A stretch of 64,000 nucleotides of DNA. Origin: Faecalibacillus sp. (lineage in GTDB: Bacteria; Bacillota_I; Bacilli_A; RFN20; CAG-826). The stretch spans positions 6,612-70,611 of the forward strand of contig CAVAGP010000005.1 of NCBI GenBank assembly GCA_963588175.1. The letters are read 5' to 3'. The translations under genes were made by a program, and so were the position numbers. The notes under the pieces were generated by a model. That model was not told where the DNA came from. It did no database searches and saw only the letters and a program-made list of their open reading frames with translations. Of the stretch, positions 18,447 to 27,413 are shown piece after piece (the first letter of the stretch is position 1; every line of letters begins with the position of its first letter).

Positions 18447-20114
18447 ATGAAAACCAAGAAATATCTATTGCTTCTAAGCGTTGCCGCTTTAGCCTCATGC
18501 GGCAACATCGATTTCTCCTTCACGGATAAATCTAGCGGTGGAGAATCATCAAACACGAGCGAGAATGCCTCGAGCGGTGTAGACGAACCGCAAAAAACTT
18601 CCGAAGAGGAGTCAAAGTCTTCTAGTGAGCAATCTTCTAAGGAAGAATCACGTTCATCCGAAGAACAAAGCGTTTCTTCTAGCAAAAACGAACCTATATT
18701 AAATGGGGACGGTTACGTAACCGGACCTCTTAAATACAAAATCAGCTCATTCTCGGATACCTACACGCCGAATGAAGGCGACGTCCATGTCTTGGTCGTT
18801 CCTATTGATTTAAGCACTGCAAGCGATGCCTCATCTTATAATCTCGACACTTGGAGCGATGAGGAGATTGATTTTATCAATACCCAGTATTTCGGCACGG
18901 GCGATGTCGGCGCGGTAATTGGTGGATCTTATAGATATTGGACCTTCAAAGATTATTATGAGACCGCTAGCCGTGGCTTGGTAACCATTGATGGAGAGGT
19001 GTCTTCAGCCTATAAAGTGAGCAGCGCAACATCAATCAAGAAGATTCTAAACGACAGCACATTGGGCACCTTGCATGATGTATTTGAGGATGCTTTGATG
19101 AGCATTCAGAAAAATAACCCTGACATTGACTGGTCTCAGTACGATTTAAATAACGATGGTTTGTTCGATTCCTGTCATTTCATCTCCAATTACAACGGCG
19201 CTTCTTGGGGAGAAAGCCTTTGGCCACACCAAGGGCAGACACGTCGCTCAAATGATGATTACATCATCGCCGATAACTATTCTTTATCCTCAATCGAAAA
19301 GTTTGAAAACGCCCAGACCTGCACCCATGAGCAGGGACATATGTTCGGCCTTGAGGATTATTACGATTATTCAGAAGCCCCAACCGGTCAAAACACTTAC
19401 AACTTCCTCGGTTCGTTGGATATGCAAGACGCCAATTGGTTCGACTGGAATTCATTCTCAAAACTGGTGACGGGATGGGCAAATCCAACCGTTATCACCG
19501 GCGAAAAAGGCAGCGTTACCGTTACTTTAAGCGATGCCGCAACAAGCGGGGATTGCTTATTGGTTCCTGCTGATTACTCCGATTTCAATAACTCGCCATA
19601 TGATGAGTACTTCTTGTTCGAGCTCTTCTCTCCTAAAGGCAATAACGAGCTTCCGTGGACCGTTCTTAAAGCGGGCCCTGGTTTAGGAAGTTATGGGGTC
19701 AGGGCATATCATGTCTGTGGCAAAGCCTTTGGCTTGGATAATAGAGGTTACGCCTATGAATTGTTCGATAAGAACGGATATCCGATAAATGGGTTCGCCT
19801 CAGTTGCCTCAGCTGCCTGCAATTCCGCAACATGCAAAGATTACGGCGGAGATGACGATTATGACGATTATCCTCTTCTGTCTTTAGTCTCCAAAACGGA
19901 CCCATCCAAGTATATGAAGAGGAACTCAACGCTCCTTTCTAGCGAGGATTTGTGGCATGAGGGCGACACTTTCACTTGGGATAGTGGCAAATACGCCATA
20001 AAGAAAGACGGAGAAGCCGTCTCAACCATGGTTGAAGGAGACACCTTCCCTTATGAAATCACATTCGATTCCATGAGCAAGGACTCGATGACAGTCACCG
20101 TCAGCAAGAAATAA
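18447..20114 (+). CDS. lipoprotein zinc metalloprotease, M6 (immune inhibitor A)-like catalytic motif
   Basis: 555 aa. Signal peptide plus lipobox (LLSVAALASC). Ser/Glu-rich low-complexity linker. HEQGHMFGLEDYYDY (HExxH followed by GLxDxY). Strong AAGGAGG SD. Confidence 0.7.
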   Translation: MKTKKYLLLLSVAALASCGNIDFSFTDKSSGGESSNTSENASSGVDEPQKTSEEESKSSSEQSSKEESRSSEEQSVSSSKNEPILNGDGYVTGPLKYKISSFSDTYTPNEGDVHVLVVPIDLSTASDASSYNLDTWSDEEIDFINTQYFGTGDVGAVIGGSYRYWTFKDYYETASRGLVTIDGEVSSAYKVSSATSIKKILNDSTLGTLHDVFEDALMSIQKNNPDIDWSQYDLNNDGLFDSCHFISNYNGASWGESLWPHQGQTRRSNDDYIIADNYSLSSIEKFENAQTCTHEQGHMFGLEDYYDYSEAPTGQNTYNFLGSLDMQDANWFDWNSFSKLVTGWANPTVITGEKGSVTVTLSDAATSGDCLLVPADYSDFNNSPYDEYFLFELFSPKGNNELPWTVLKAGPGLGSYGVRAYHVCGKAFGLDNRGYAYELFDKNGYPINGFASVASAACNSATCKDYGGDDDYDDYPLLSLVSKTDPSKYMKRNSTLLSSEDLWHEGDTFTWDSGKYAIKKDGEAVSTMVEGDTFPYEITFDSMSKDSMTVTVSKK

Positions 20115-20124
20115 GGCACATCTT

Positions 20125-20157
20125 AAACGCCTCAGTACTTATGGGGCGTTTTCTATT
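20125..20157 (+). terminator. probable terminator after the metalloprotease
   Basis: aacgcctc...ggggcgtt stem followed by TTCTATT (weak U-tract). Confidence 0.5.
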
Positions 20158-20257
20158 CCTCAAATATAATTTGATGGTGGAATATGGCTCACTATCAAGA
20201 TAAAATAACACACGTGCGGGCTTTTTAAGCCCATCAATTATTCAAAGGAGAAAATAA

Positions 20258-20815
20258 ATGAACGTTACTGAATTACGCCCAGGCAACTATTTCGAAGATG
20301 AAAATTGCTTGTATCTCGTCATTGATATCCTTCTCAACAAAACCGCTATGAGAAAGATGGTCGCTAAAGTTAAAGTCAAGAATCTAAGAACCGGTGCAGT
20401 CACCGAAATCGCTCGTAACTCCGGTTATGATGTCGAATTAGTCGAAGTCACAAGATCGCCTATGCAATATCTTTATGACAATGGAGATATGCTCGTCTTC
20501 ATGGATCCAAAGAGCTATGAGCAGCTTGAAATCGCCAAATCCCAGCTTGAAGACATCATTCCATTCCTCGCTCCAAACGGCGAGGTCAATGTCGTCACTT
20601 ATGAGGATGAGGTCCTTGATATCAACCTTCCTGCGAAAGTCGCTCTCGAAGTCATTGACTGCGAGCCAGGAGTACGTGGAGACACCATCACCAATTCAGG
20701 TTCTAAGGATGCAACCTTAGAGACCGGTCTCAAAATCAGAATCCCTCTTTTCATCGATAAGGGTGAAAAAGTGCTCGTTGATACCTCAACCGGCAAATAT
20801 GAGAGAAGGGCCTAA
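20258..20815 (+). CDS. efp: elongation factor P
   Basis: 185 aa. Typical EF-P N-terminus (ELRPGNYF..) and three-domain length. AAGGAG SD. Confidence 0.95.
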   Translation: MNVTELRPGNYFEDENCLYLVIDILLNKTAMRKMVAKVKVKNLRTGAVTEIARNSGYDVELVEVTRSPMQYLYDNGDMLVFMDPKSYEQLEIAKSQLEDIIPFLAPNGEVNVVTYEDEVLDINLPAKVALEVIDCEPGVRGDTITNSGSKDATLETGLKIRIPLFIDKGEKVLVDTSTGKYERRA

Positions 20816-20817
20816 AC

Positions 20818-21039
20818 ATGACAGTACAGATTTGGGCATTTGTCTTATATCTCATCCTCGCTTTGATCGTAGGTGGAGTCGCAGGCTTCTTCGGAGCTAG
20901 AGCTCTCTTCAAATATGAGCTCAAGAAGAATCCGCCAGTCAATGAAAAGATGATTCGCGCCATGTTCCAACAGATGGGAAGAAAGCCATCCGAGGCACAG
21001 GTAAGAGCGGTTCTCAAGAGCATGGAGAAGAATAGATAA
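20818..21039 (+). CDS. yneF: UPF0154 (YneF) small membrane protein
   Basis: 73 aa. One N-terminal TM helix followed by KKNPPVNEKMIRAMFQQMGRKPSE, very close to the YneF family consensus. Confidence 0.8.
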   Translation: MTVQIWAFVLYLILALIVGGVAGFFGARALFKYELKKNPPVNEKMIRAMFQQMGRKPSEAQVRAVLKSMEKNR

Positions 21040-21053
21040 TTCATTTAGAATCG

Positions 21054-21080
21054 GAGCCTCGGTCGAGGCTCTTTTTCTTT
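21054..21080 (+). terminator. intrinsic terminator after yneF
   Basis: gagcctcg-gt-cgaggctc followed by TTTTTCTTTT. Confidence 0.75.
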
Positions 21081-21279
21081 TGCCTTGATTGCTCATCTTT
21101 ATTTTATATATAAGGGGGTTGAATGGAGAACTGAGTCACTGATGTTGCATAGAGCTATTAGACTATTCAACACGTTCAATGTACATGCCTTTGGAGTGTT
21201 CAGGCAATATTTTTAACGCCGTCGTAAATCCATTTTAACCCAACTTCGTCCATTGGCGTTCCAAGCAAATAGAAGTGGT

Positions 21280-21303
21280 ACTACTAAGCGATTAGTAGTT
21301 TTG
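21280..21303 (+). repeat. hairpin made of the ACTACTAA motif and its inverted copy, followed by TTTT
   Basis: actactaa(21280-21287)-gcga-ttagtagt(21292-21299)-tttt. The right arm plus T-run (21291-21302) is the reverse complement of AAAACTACTAAT. Confidence 0.6.
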
Positions 21304-21349
21304 CAAAATAGGCATTTTTAAAATTTCCCACTTTTTGAACAAAACTAAA

Positions 21350-21380
21350 GAAAAACCACATCCTATCGTAGGAATGCGGT
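21350..21380 (-). terminator. intrinsic terminator after plsY
   Basis: Minus strand: CCGCATTCCTA-CGA-TAGGATGTGG (one bulge, one G-U) followed by TTTTTC. Confidence 0.65.
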
Positions 21381-21397
21381 TATCCTAAATTAACTAA

Positions 21398-21410
21398 AAA
21401 ACTACTAATT
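21398..21410 (+). repeat. AAAACTACTAATT motif, copy A (abuts the plsY stop codon)
   Basis: Exact 13-mer shared with 30466-30478 and 34529-34541. Preceded at 21324-21345 by the TTTCCCACTTTTTGAACAAAAC block. Confidence 0.6.
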
Positions 21411-22170
21411 ATTTATTTTCCCACACAAGTGGTTTCTCTTCTCCGGCCTTGAGTCTTTTGATGTTTTGTGAGTGGCGGATGATGAGGAGAACGGCCATGA
21501 ATGTGGTCGCTATTGCGGTCCACCAGCCGAAGACATATCCGGCGTTGAACGATCCGAACCCCCAAGTGAAGATTGCCATGACTCCAGCGCCTCCGAACAC
21601 CTGCACTAGAATGGCCATTGTCCATTGGAAGAGAGTGATGAATATCGAGGTTGCGATGCTTGCGATGGACATGATTCTTTTTGGCAAGAACACGGAGAGG
21701 AAGAACGTGAATCCGACAACGAATTCAAACCAGCTTGTGGCGACCACGCTTCCGCTGAAGCAGGAAACGGCCTTGCCGCCTTTGAAGCCTTTGAGGAATA
21801 TTGACCAGCAGTGACCAATCGTGGAGAAGACCACGGCAACCCAAGGAATCAATGCGCCTGGGCATCCAAGGTCATTGAGCCATAGGTTATCCAAACCGTA
21901 CCCGAATAACTTGGTAGGAATAATCAATCCCCACACGAGCCAGAACGTCACAATCGTCTTGGACATATCAAGCAGTATTACCGAGTATCCCGCCTTTTTC
22001 CCGAATACGCGTCCGCAGTTGGTTCCGCCTGAGTTGTGGGAGCCATAATCTCTAGGGTCTTTCCCGTAGAACACCTTTCCGATGACCACGCCCCACGGAA
22101 TACTTCCGATGAGATACCCGATGAGGCCAGCACCGGCTAAAAGCAGCAAATTTAACAAGATTGAATTCAT
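21409..22170 (-). CDS. plsY: glycerol-3-phosphate acyltransferase PlsY
   Basis: The ORF-track start at 22212 is ATT. The first ATG (22170) gives MNSILLNLLLLAGAGLIGYLIGSIPWG..HNSGGTNCGR, the PlsY signature. Divergent from parE as in Bacillus. About 60 aa longer than typical at the C-terminus. Confidence 0.9.
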   Translation of the reverse strand: MNSILLNLLLLAGAGLIGYLIGSIPWGVVIGKVFYGKDPRDYGSHNSGGTNCGRVFGKKAGYSVILLDMSKTIVTFWLVWGLIIPTKLFGYGLDNLWLNDLGCPGALIPWVAVVFSTIGHCWSIFLKGFKGGKAVSCFSGSVVATSWFEFVVGFTFFLSVFLPKRIMSIASIATSIFITLFQWTMAILVQVFGGAGVMAIFTWGFGSFNAGYVFGWWTAIATTFMAVLLIIRHSQNIKRLKAGEEKPLVWENK

Positions 22171-22266
22171 AACCGTACCCTTTTCGCAACTATTATTAAT
22201 AATAGGTGGCAATTTTTTCTCTCATTTTGCTATAATGAGACCAATTGCAAAAAGCATTTTACTATT

Positions 22267-24267
22267 ATGGAAGAAATCTTGGAAGAAAAGAAAAATGGCA
22301 ACAATGTTGCCGAAAAACCCGTAGAAGACGACTATACGGGCAAAGACATCGAGATTCTCTCAGAACTTGAAGGCGTCAGAAAACGCCCTGGCATGTATAT
22401 CGGCTCAACTAATTTGACGGGTCTACATCATTTGGTTTGGGAAATTCTCGACAACGCAGTCGACGAGGCCGTTAACGGTTACGGCAACAAGATAACCGTC
22501 ACATTGTGGAAAGACGGCTCAGTCTCCGTTGAGGATGAGGGTCGTGGAATCCCGGTTGATGTCTTGTCCCAGACCGGCAGACCAGCAGTTGAGACCATAT
22601 ACACGGTTTTGCATTCCGGCGGCAAATTCAATTCGAAGGCTTATGCGACATCCGGCGGCTTGCACGGTGTCGGCACAACCGTCACCAACGCATTATGCGA
22701 ATGGTGCGAGGTCAAAATCAACAAAGGCGGATATTCATATTTCGTCCGTTTTAAAGACGGCGGAAAGATCGACCAGCCTTGCACGCAGGTAGGCAAAACC
22801 AACAAGCATGGTACAACCTGCCGTTTTAAGCCTGATCCAAAAATCTTCCCAAATACAAAATTCAGCTATGACACAATTGCCAGCCGCCTCGAAGAGAGAT
22901 CGTATTTATGCACAGGCATTCACTTCATAATCAAGGACGAGGCAACAGGCAACTCCAATGAGTATTACTGCGAACATGGTCTTAAAGAATATGTCGGTGC
23001 GATGAACAAGAACAAGACTCCTTTAGGAGATATCATCGATATAAGCGACGATGTCAACGGAATCAAAGTGGAAATCGCCATGCAGTGGTGTCTCAAAGTC
23101 TATCAAGAGACAATCTTGTCCTACGCTAACGAGGTCAGAACCTCCGATGGCGGCACCCATGAGGTCGGATTCAAATCGTCTCTCACCAAGACGCTTAACG
23201 ATTGGGCCGTTGCCAACGGTGTCTGCAAACCCAACCAGACTATTGCCGGAGAAGATATCAGAGAAGGTTTGACTGCGGTCATATCTTTGAAGATTCCGGA
23301 GAACAAACTCGAATTCGAAGGACAGACCAAAGGCAAACTCGGTTCTCCAGATGCCGGACCAGCCGTCTCCTCGGTTCTCACCAAGTCTTTAACTTATTTC
23401 CTTAACGAGCACAACGCTTTTGCTATCGAACTCATCAGAAAGTGTTCGGATGCCCGTGATGCTCGTGAAGCTGCCCGTAAAGCCAAAGAGCTTGCCCGCG
23501 GCACCAAGAAACAATCCAAGAACGATTTCATGATCAGCGACAAACTCGCCTCGGCCCAATCCAAAGATTACGCCGAGAACGAGCTCTTCATCGTTGAGGG
23601 TGATTCCGCAGGCGGTTCCGCTAAGACCGGAAGAGATAGATTGCACCAAGCCATCTTGCCTTTAAGAGGTAAACCGCTTAACACAGAGGATGTGTCCATC
23701 CAGAAGATTTCCGAGAACCTTGAATTCTCAACCCTCATCAACACAATTGGTGCCGGTGTCGGACAGGACTTCAACGTCAAGGATTCAAAATACGGCAAAA
23801 TCATCATCATGACCGATGCTGATGACGACGGAAGCCACATTCAGACTTTGTTACTGACGTTCTTCTATAATTTCATGAAGCCGTTAATCGATGCTGGCAT
23901 GGTCTACATTGCCCAGCCTCCTCTCTACAGAGTCTATAAGAAGAGTGACCCATCTAAGCATGTCTATTGCTGGAATGATGATGAGCTCAACAAAGGCAAG
24001 GAGAAAATCGGTTCCGGATATGGCATCAACCGCTACAAAGGTCTTGGTGAGATGAACGCCGACCAGTTGGCGGAGACCACGATGAACAAGAAGACCCGCC
24101 AGTTATTGCAGGTCGTCATCAACAACCCAATCATCGTTGAGAAGAAAATCTCAACCCTTATGGGTTCGGATTCTGAGCCAAGATGGCAATGGATTCAGGA
24201 AAACGTTTCCTTTGCCGCAAGCGAAGATGATTACACAAACGAGATGAGAGGTAAGAAGAATGGCTAA
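22267..24267 (+). CDS. parE: DNA topoisomerase IV subunit B (type IIA B subunit)
   Basis: 666 aa. GHKL ATPase, TOPRIM (EGDSAGG, DADDDGSHI). Called ParE rather than GyrB because of the adjacent ParC-type partner and plsY synteny. Confidence 0.85.
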   Translation: MEEILEEKKNGNNVAEKPVEDDYTGKDIEILSELEGVRKRPGMYIGSTNLTGLHHLVWEILDNAVDEAVNGYGNKITVTLWKDGSVSVEDEGRGIPVDVLSQTGRPAVETIYTVLHSGGKFNSKAYATSGGLHGVGTTVTNALCEWCEVKINKGGYSYFVRFKDGGKIDQPCTQVGKTNKHGTTCRFKPDPKIFPNTKFSYDTIASRLEERSYLCTGIHFIIKDEATGNSNEYYCEHGLKEYVGAMNKNKTPLGDIIDISDDVNGIKVEIAMQWCLKVYQETILSYANEVRTSDGGTHEVGFKSSLTKTLNDWAVANGVCKPNQTIAGEDIREGLTAVISLKIPENKLEFEGQTKGKLGSPDAGPAVSSVLTKSLTYFLNEHNAFAIELIRKCSDARDAREAARKAKELARGTKKQSKNDFMISDKLASAQSKDYAENELFIVEGDSAGGSAKTGRDRLHQAILPLRGKPLNTEDVSIQKISENLEFSTLINTIGAGVGQDFNVKDSKYGKIIIMTDADDDGSHIQTLLLTFFYNFMKPLIDAGMVYIAQPPLYRVYKKSDPSKHVYCWNDDELNKGKEKIGSGYGINRYKGLGEMNADQLAETTMNKKTRQLLQVVINNPIIVEKKISTLMGSDSEPRWQWIQENVSFAASEDDYTNEMRGKKNG

Positions 24268-26887
24268 AAAGAAAAACGAAGCACCAAAACCTATCATCAA
24301 GGAGAATATCGCCCCGATCACGTTAGACGATTTGATGGGCGATAGATTCGGCCAGTACGCCAAAGAAGTCATTCAGGACCGCGCTATTCCGGACGCAAGA
24401 GACGGACTCAAACCCGTTCAGCGCCGTATCATCTATGATATGTGGAACACTGGCAACACCATCGAGAAGCCAACCAAGAAATGTGCTCACATCGTCGGAG
24501 ACGTCATGGGTAAATATCACCCACATGGCGATTCATCCATTTACGAAGCCCTGGTCAACATGTCCAAGAAATGGGCCTATAGAATGCCTTTGATCGACTT
24601 CCAAGGCAACAACGGCTCCATCGATGGCGATGGCCCGGCTGCTTACCGTTATACCGAAGCTAGATTGTCGGCATTATCGGGTGAGCTCATCCGTGATATC
24701 GATAAAGATTCCGTTGATATGGAACTCACATTCGATGACACCGAATGGGAGCCAACCGTCTTGCCTGCTAGATTCCCTAACTTATTGGTCAACGGGTCTG
24801 AGGGTATCGCAGTTGGTATCTCCACCAACATCCCGCCCCACAATTTGGGCGAAGTCGTCAAGACCGTCATATACCGTATTAAGCATCCTGATTGCTCAAT
24901 CGAGGATTTGCTCAAATATTTGCCGGGACCTGATTTCCCAACAGGCGGCATCATCTTTTCGAGCGATAGCCTGAAGGACGTCTATTTAAAAGGCGCCGGA
25001 AAAATCAAGAACGGCTCCAAGTGCGAATGCACCGAAGCGGAAGATGGCACCAAGCAAATCATCATCACCGAGATTCCTTATCGAGTCAATAAATCCGACT
25101 TGGTCAAGGAAATCGACAGGATCAGACACGATAAGATTATCCCTGGCATCGTTGAGGTTAGAGATGAATCCGATAAGCACGGTTTAAGAATCGCGATTGA
25201 TTTAAGGGATGACGTCAATAGTGAAGCCATCCTCAAATATTTATTGAACAAGACCAAAATGGTCGTTTCCTATAGCGCGCATATGGTCGCGATCATCGAT
25301 GACCGCCCATATGTCATGAACCTCGCTGATTACTGTGATTGCTATATCCAGCATCAGTTGGAGGTTGTCTCTAGACGCACGACTTTCGTCCTCACCAAAG
25401 ACAAGGCAAGGCTTTCAATCGTCGATGGCCTCATCAAGGCCGTCTCAATCCTCGATGACGTCATCCACACCATCAGACATTCAGAAGACAAAGCCGATGC
25501 CAAGCGCAACCTCATCGCCAACTTCAATTTCGGAATTGACCAGGCTGAGGCTATCTTGAATATGCCTTTATATAAATTGTCCCATACCGACATGACCACT
25601 CTAGAGGAAGAGAAGAAATCCCTCGAGAATGAGATATCCGAATTGAATTCAATTCTTTCCTCTCAGGAGAAAAGAGAAGACACCATCATCAAAGACCTCA
25701 ATGAAATCGTCAAGAAATACGGCGATAAGAGAAAGACTGAAATCAGAGAAGAGACCAGCGTTGCCGCTATCGATCAGCGTTCCCTTATCATTCCGGAAGA
25801 CGTTAGAGTCGTCGTTACACGCGAATGCTATATCAAGCGTTCATCCATCAAATCATGGAAGAGTTCCGGAGGCCATAAAGGCGATAAGCCTGGCATTAAG
25901 GAAGGCGATTCCTTCGTTTTCAATGCCCAAGTCCAGACCATCGACCATTTGGTTTGCTTCACCAACAAAGGCAATTACCTCTTATTGGCGGTCAACCAGA
26001 TCAAAGACGGAAAATGGCTAGATGAAGGCTTCCACGTCAATAGCCTTGTCCCAGTTTCTCCTGGCGAGCGCATTGTCAGCGCTTTCGTTGTCACAGACGA
26101 CGGCTTCAGAGATGATTTAACCGTCATCTTCGCCACCGCGAAGGGCCTCATTAAGAGAGTCACGCTCTCGTCTTTGCCAACCGCTAGACGTTCTAAGCCA
26201 ATCTCCGCCATCAAACTCAACAATGATGAGGTTATCGGTGTCGTTTTAGGAAGCGGCAATTCCGATTTGTTCGTCGCATCGGTAGATGGGCAGGCTGTTT
26301 TCTATAATGAGAATGCCGTCGCCATCACCAATCCAAAGACCGGCGGCATGAAGATCGGTTCCTTCAAAGGCAAAGAAATCGCTGGCATCTTGAGCTTCAG
26401 CCCTGATGAGAAGGATAGGAAGATTCTCTTCATCACCGATAGAGGCCACACTCGTGTCTTCGATTTGAAGAACATCGATAAGACCGGCCGCATCGCTAAG
26501 ACTACAACCATCTTCAATTGCTTCCAGAAAGAGCCGCATAAGCTTATCTTCATTGATAAGGCCTGCGGCAAGGAAGCCCCATATACATACAACACCGTCA
26601 TCCACGGCGACCAGATGAAGGAAGTCACATTCCATGACTTCTATCTAACCCCGATGGAGAAATACGCGAAGAGGCCGGAGACATTCCCGGCAAGGGATAG
26701 AATCCTCTTCGTCTCCAACGAAGCCTCGTTAATCGTCAATAAGGACACTCCGCATTTCGATGCCGATGTCAATGACACAGTCATCAAGCCTGCCATTGAT
26801 AAGTCCATCAAGAATGAAGCGACCCCAAATGAGGAATATGAGCAAATCGATTTGTTCGGTGACGAATTTGCCGGAAAGAAGAGATGA
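24260..26887 (+). CDS. parC: DNA topoisomerase IV subunit A
   Basis: 875 aa. LMGDRFGQYAKEVIQDRAIPDARDGLKPVQRRIIYDM matches the ParC N-terminal signature. Catalytic Tyr region AAYRYTEARL. Confidence 0.9.
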   Translation: MAKKKNEAPKPIIKENIAPITLDDLMGDRFGQYAKEVIQDRAIPDARDGLKPVQRRIIYDMWNTGNTIEKPTKKCAHIVGDVMGKYHPHGDSSIYEALVNMSKKWAYRMPLIDFQGNNGSIDGDGPAAYRYTEARLSALSGELIRDIDKDSVDMELTFDDTEWEPTVLPARFPNLLVNGSEGIAVGISTNIPPHNLGEVVKTVIYRIKHPDCSIEDLLKYLPGPDFPTGGIIFSSDSLKDVYLKGAGKIKNGSKCECTEAEDGTKQIIITEIPYRVNKSDLVKEIDRIRHDKIIPGIVEVRDESDKHGLRIAIDLRDDVNSEAILKYLLNKTKMVVSYSAHMVAIIDDRPYVMNLADYCDCYIQHQLEVVSRRTTFVLTKDKARLSIVDGLIKAVSILDDVIHTIRHSEDKADAKRNLIANFNFGIDQAEAILNMPLYKLSHTDMTTLEEEKKSLENEISELNSILSSQEKREDTIIKDLNEIVKKYGDKRKTEIREETSVAAIDQRSLIIPEDVRVVVTRECYIKRSSIKSWKSSGGHKGDKPGIKEGDSFVFNAQVQTIDHLVCFTNKGNYLLLAVNQIKDGKWLDEGFHVNSLVPVSPGERIVSAFVVTDDGFRDDLTVIFATAKGLIKRVTLSSLPTARRSKPISAIKLNNDEVIGVVLGSGNSDLFVASVDGQAVFYNENAVAITNPKTGGMKIGSFKGKEIAGILSFSPDEKDRKILFITDRGHTRVFDLKNIDKTGRIAKTTTIFNCFQKEPHKLIFIDKACGKEAPYTYNTVIHGDQMKEVTFHDFYLTPMEKYAKRPETFPARDRILFVSNEASLIVNKDTPHFDADVNDTVIKPAIDKSIKNEATPNEEYEQIDLFGDEFAGKKR

Positions 26888-27399
26888 TGAGAAAAATCTT
26901 CATCCCCACCTATCAGATAAAGACGATATATGACCTCGACCCCGCAAAGCTCAAAGAGCTCGGCATCGAGGTCGTCTTGTCGGATTTAGATAACACTCTT
27001 GCCTCTTATAAGTGTAAGGATGCCGAAGAGAGGACCGTTGCCTTAGTCAATAGACTTAAGGACAATGGCATTGCTTTCTATATCGCTAGCAACAACACTT
27101 CTAAGCGAGTGCAACGTTTTGCCTCGACACTAGGGATCAAAGCCTTGTCGGGCCTAAGGAAACCGTTCTCGAATAGGCTTAAGAAGATACTTGTAGAGGA
27201 AGGCTTAGATAAGGATAAAACGGTTCTTGTCGGAGACCAGGTCATGACCGACGTGATCGCTGGGAATGGAGCGGGCATCAGAACCATCCTCACCGAGAAA
27301 TTGGTGCCTGAGGATCCTCCATGGACCAGATTCAACCGCCTCTTCGAAAAAGGCAAAAGAAAAGTCATCGCTAGATATAACTTAAGCAAGAAACTATAA
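26884..27399 (+). CDS. yqeG: YqeG-family HAD-IIIA phosphatase
   Basis: 171 aa. DLDNTL, ASNN, GDQVMTD motifs. First gene of the yqeG-yqeH cluster. Confidence 0.8.
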   Translation: MMRKIFIPTYQIKTIYDLDPAKLKELGIEVVLSDLDNTLASYKCKDAEERTVALVNRLKDNGIAFYIASNNTSKRVQRFASTLGIKALSGLRKPFSNRLKKILVEEGLDKDKTVLVGDQVMTDVIAGNGAGIRTILTEKLVPEDPPWTRFNRLFEKGKRKVIARYNLSKKL

Positions 27400-27413
27400 G
27401 AAAGGAGTCTTAT

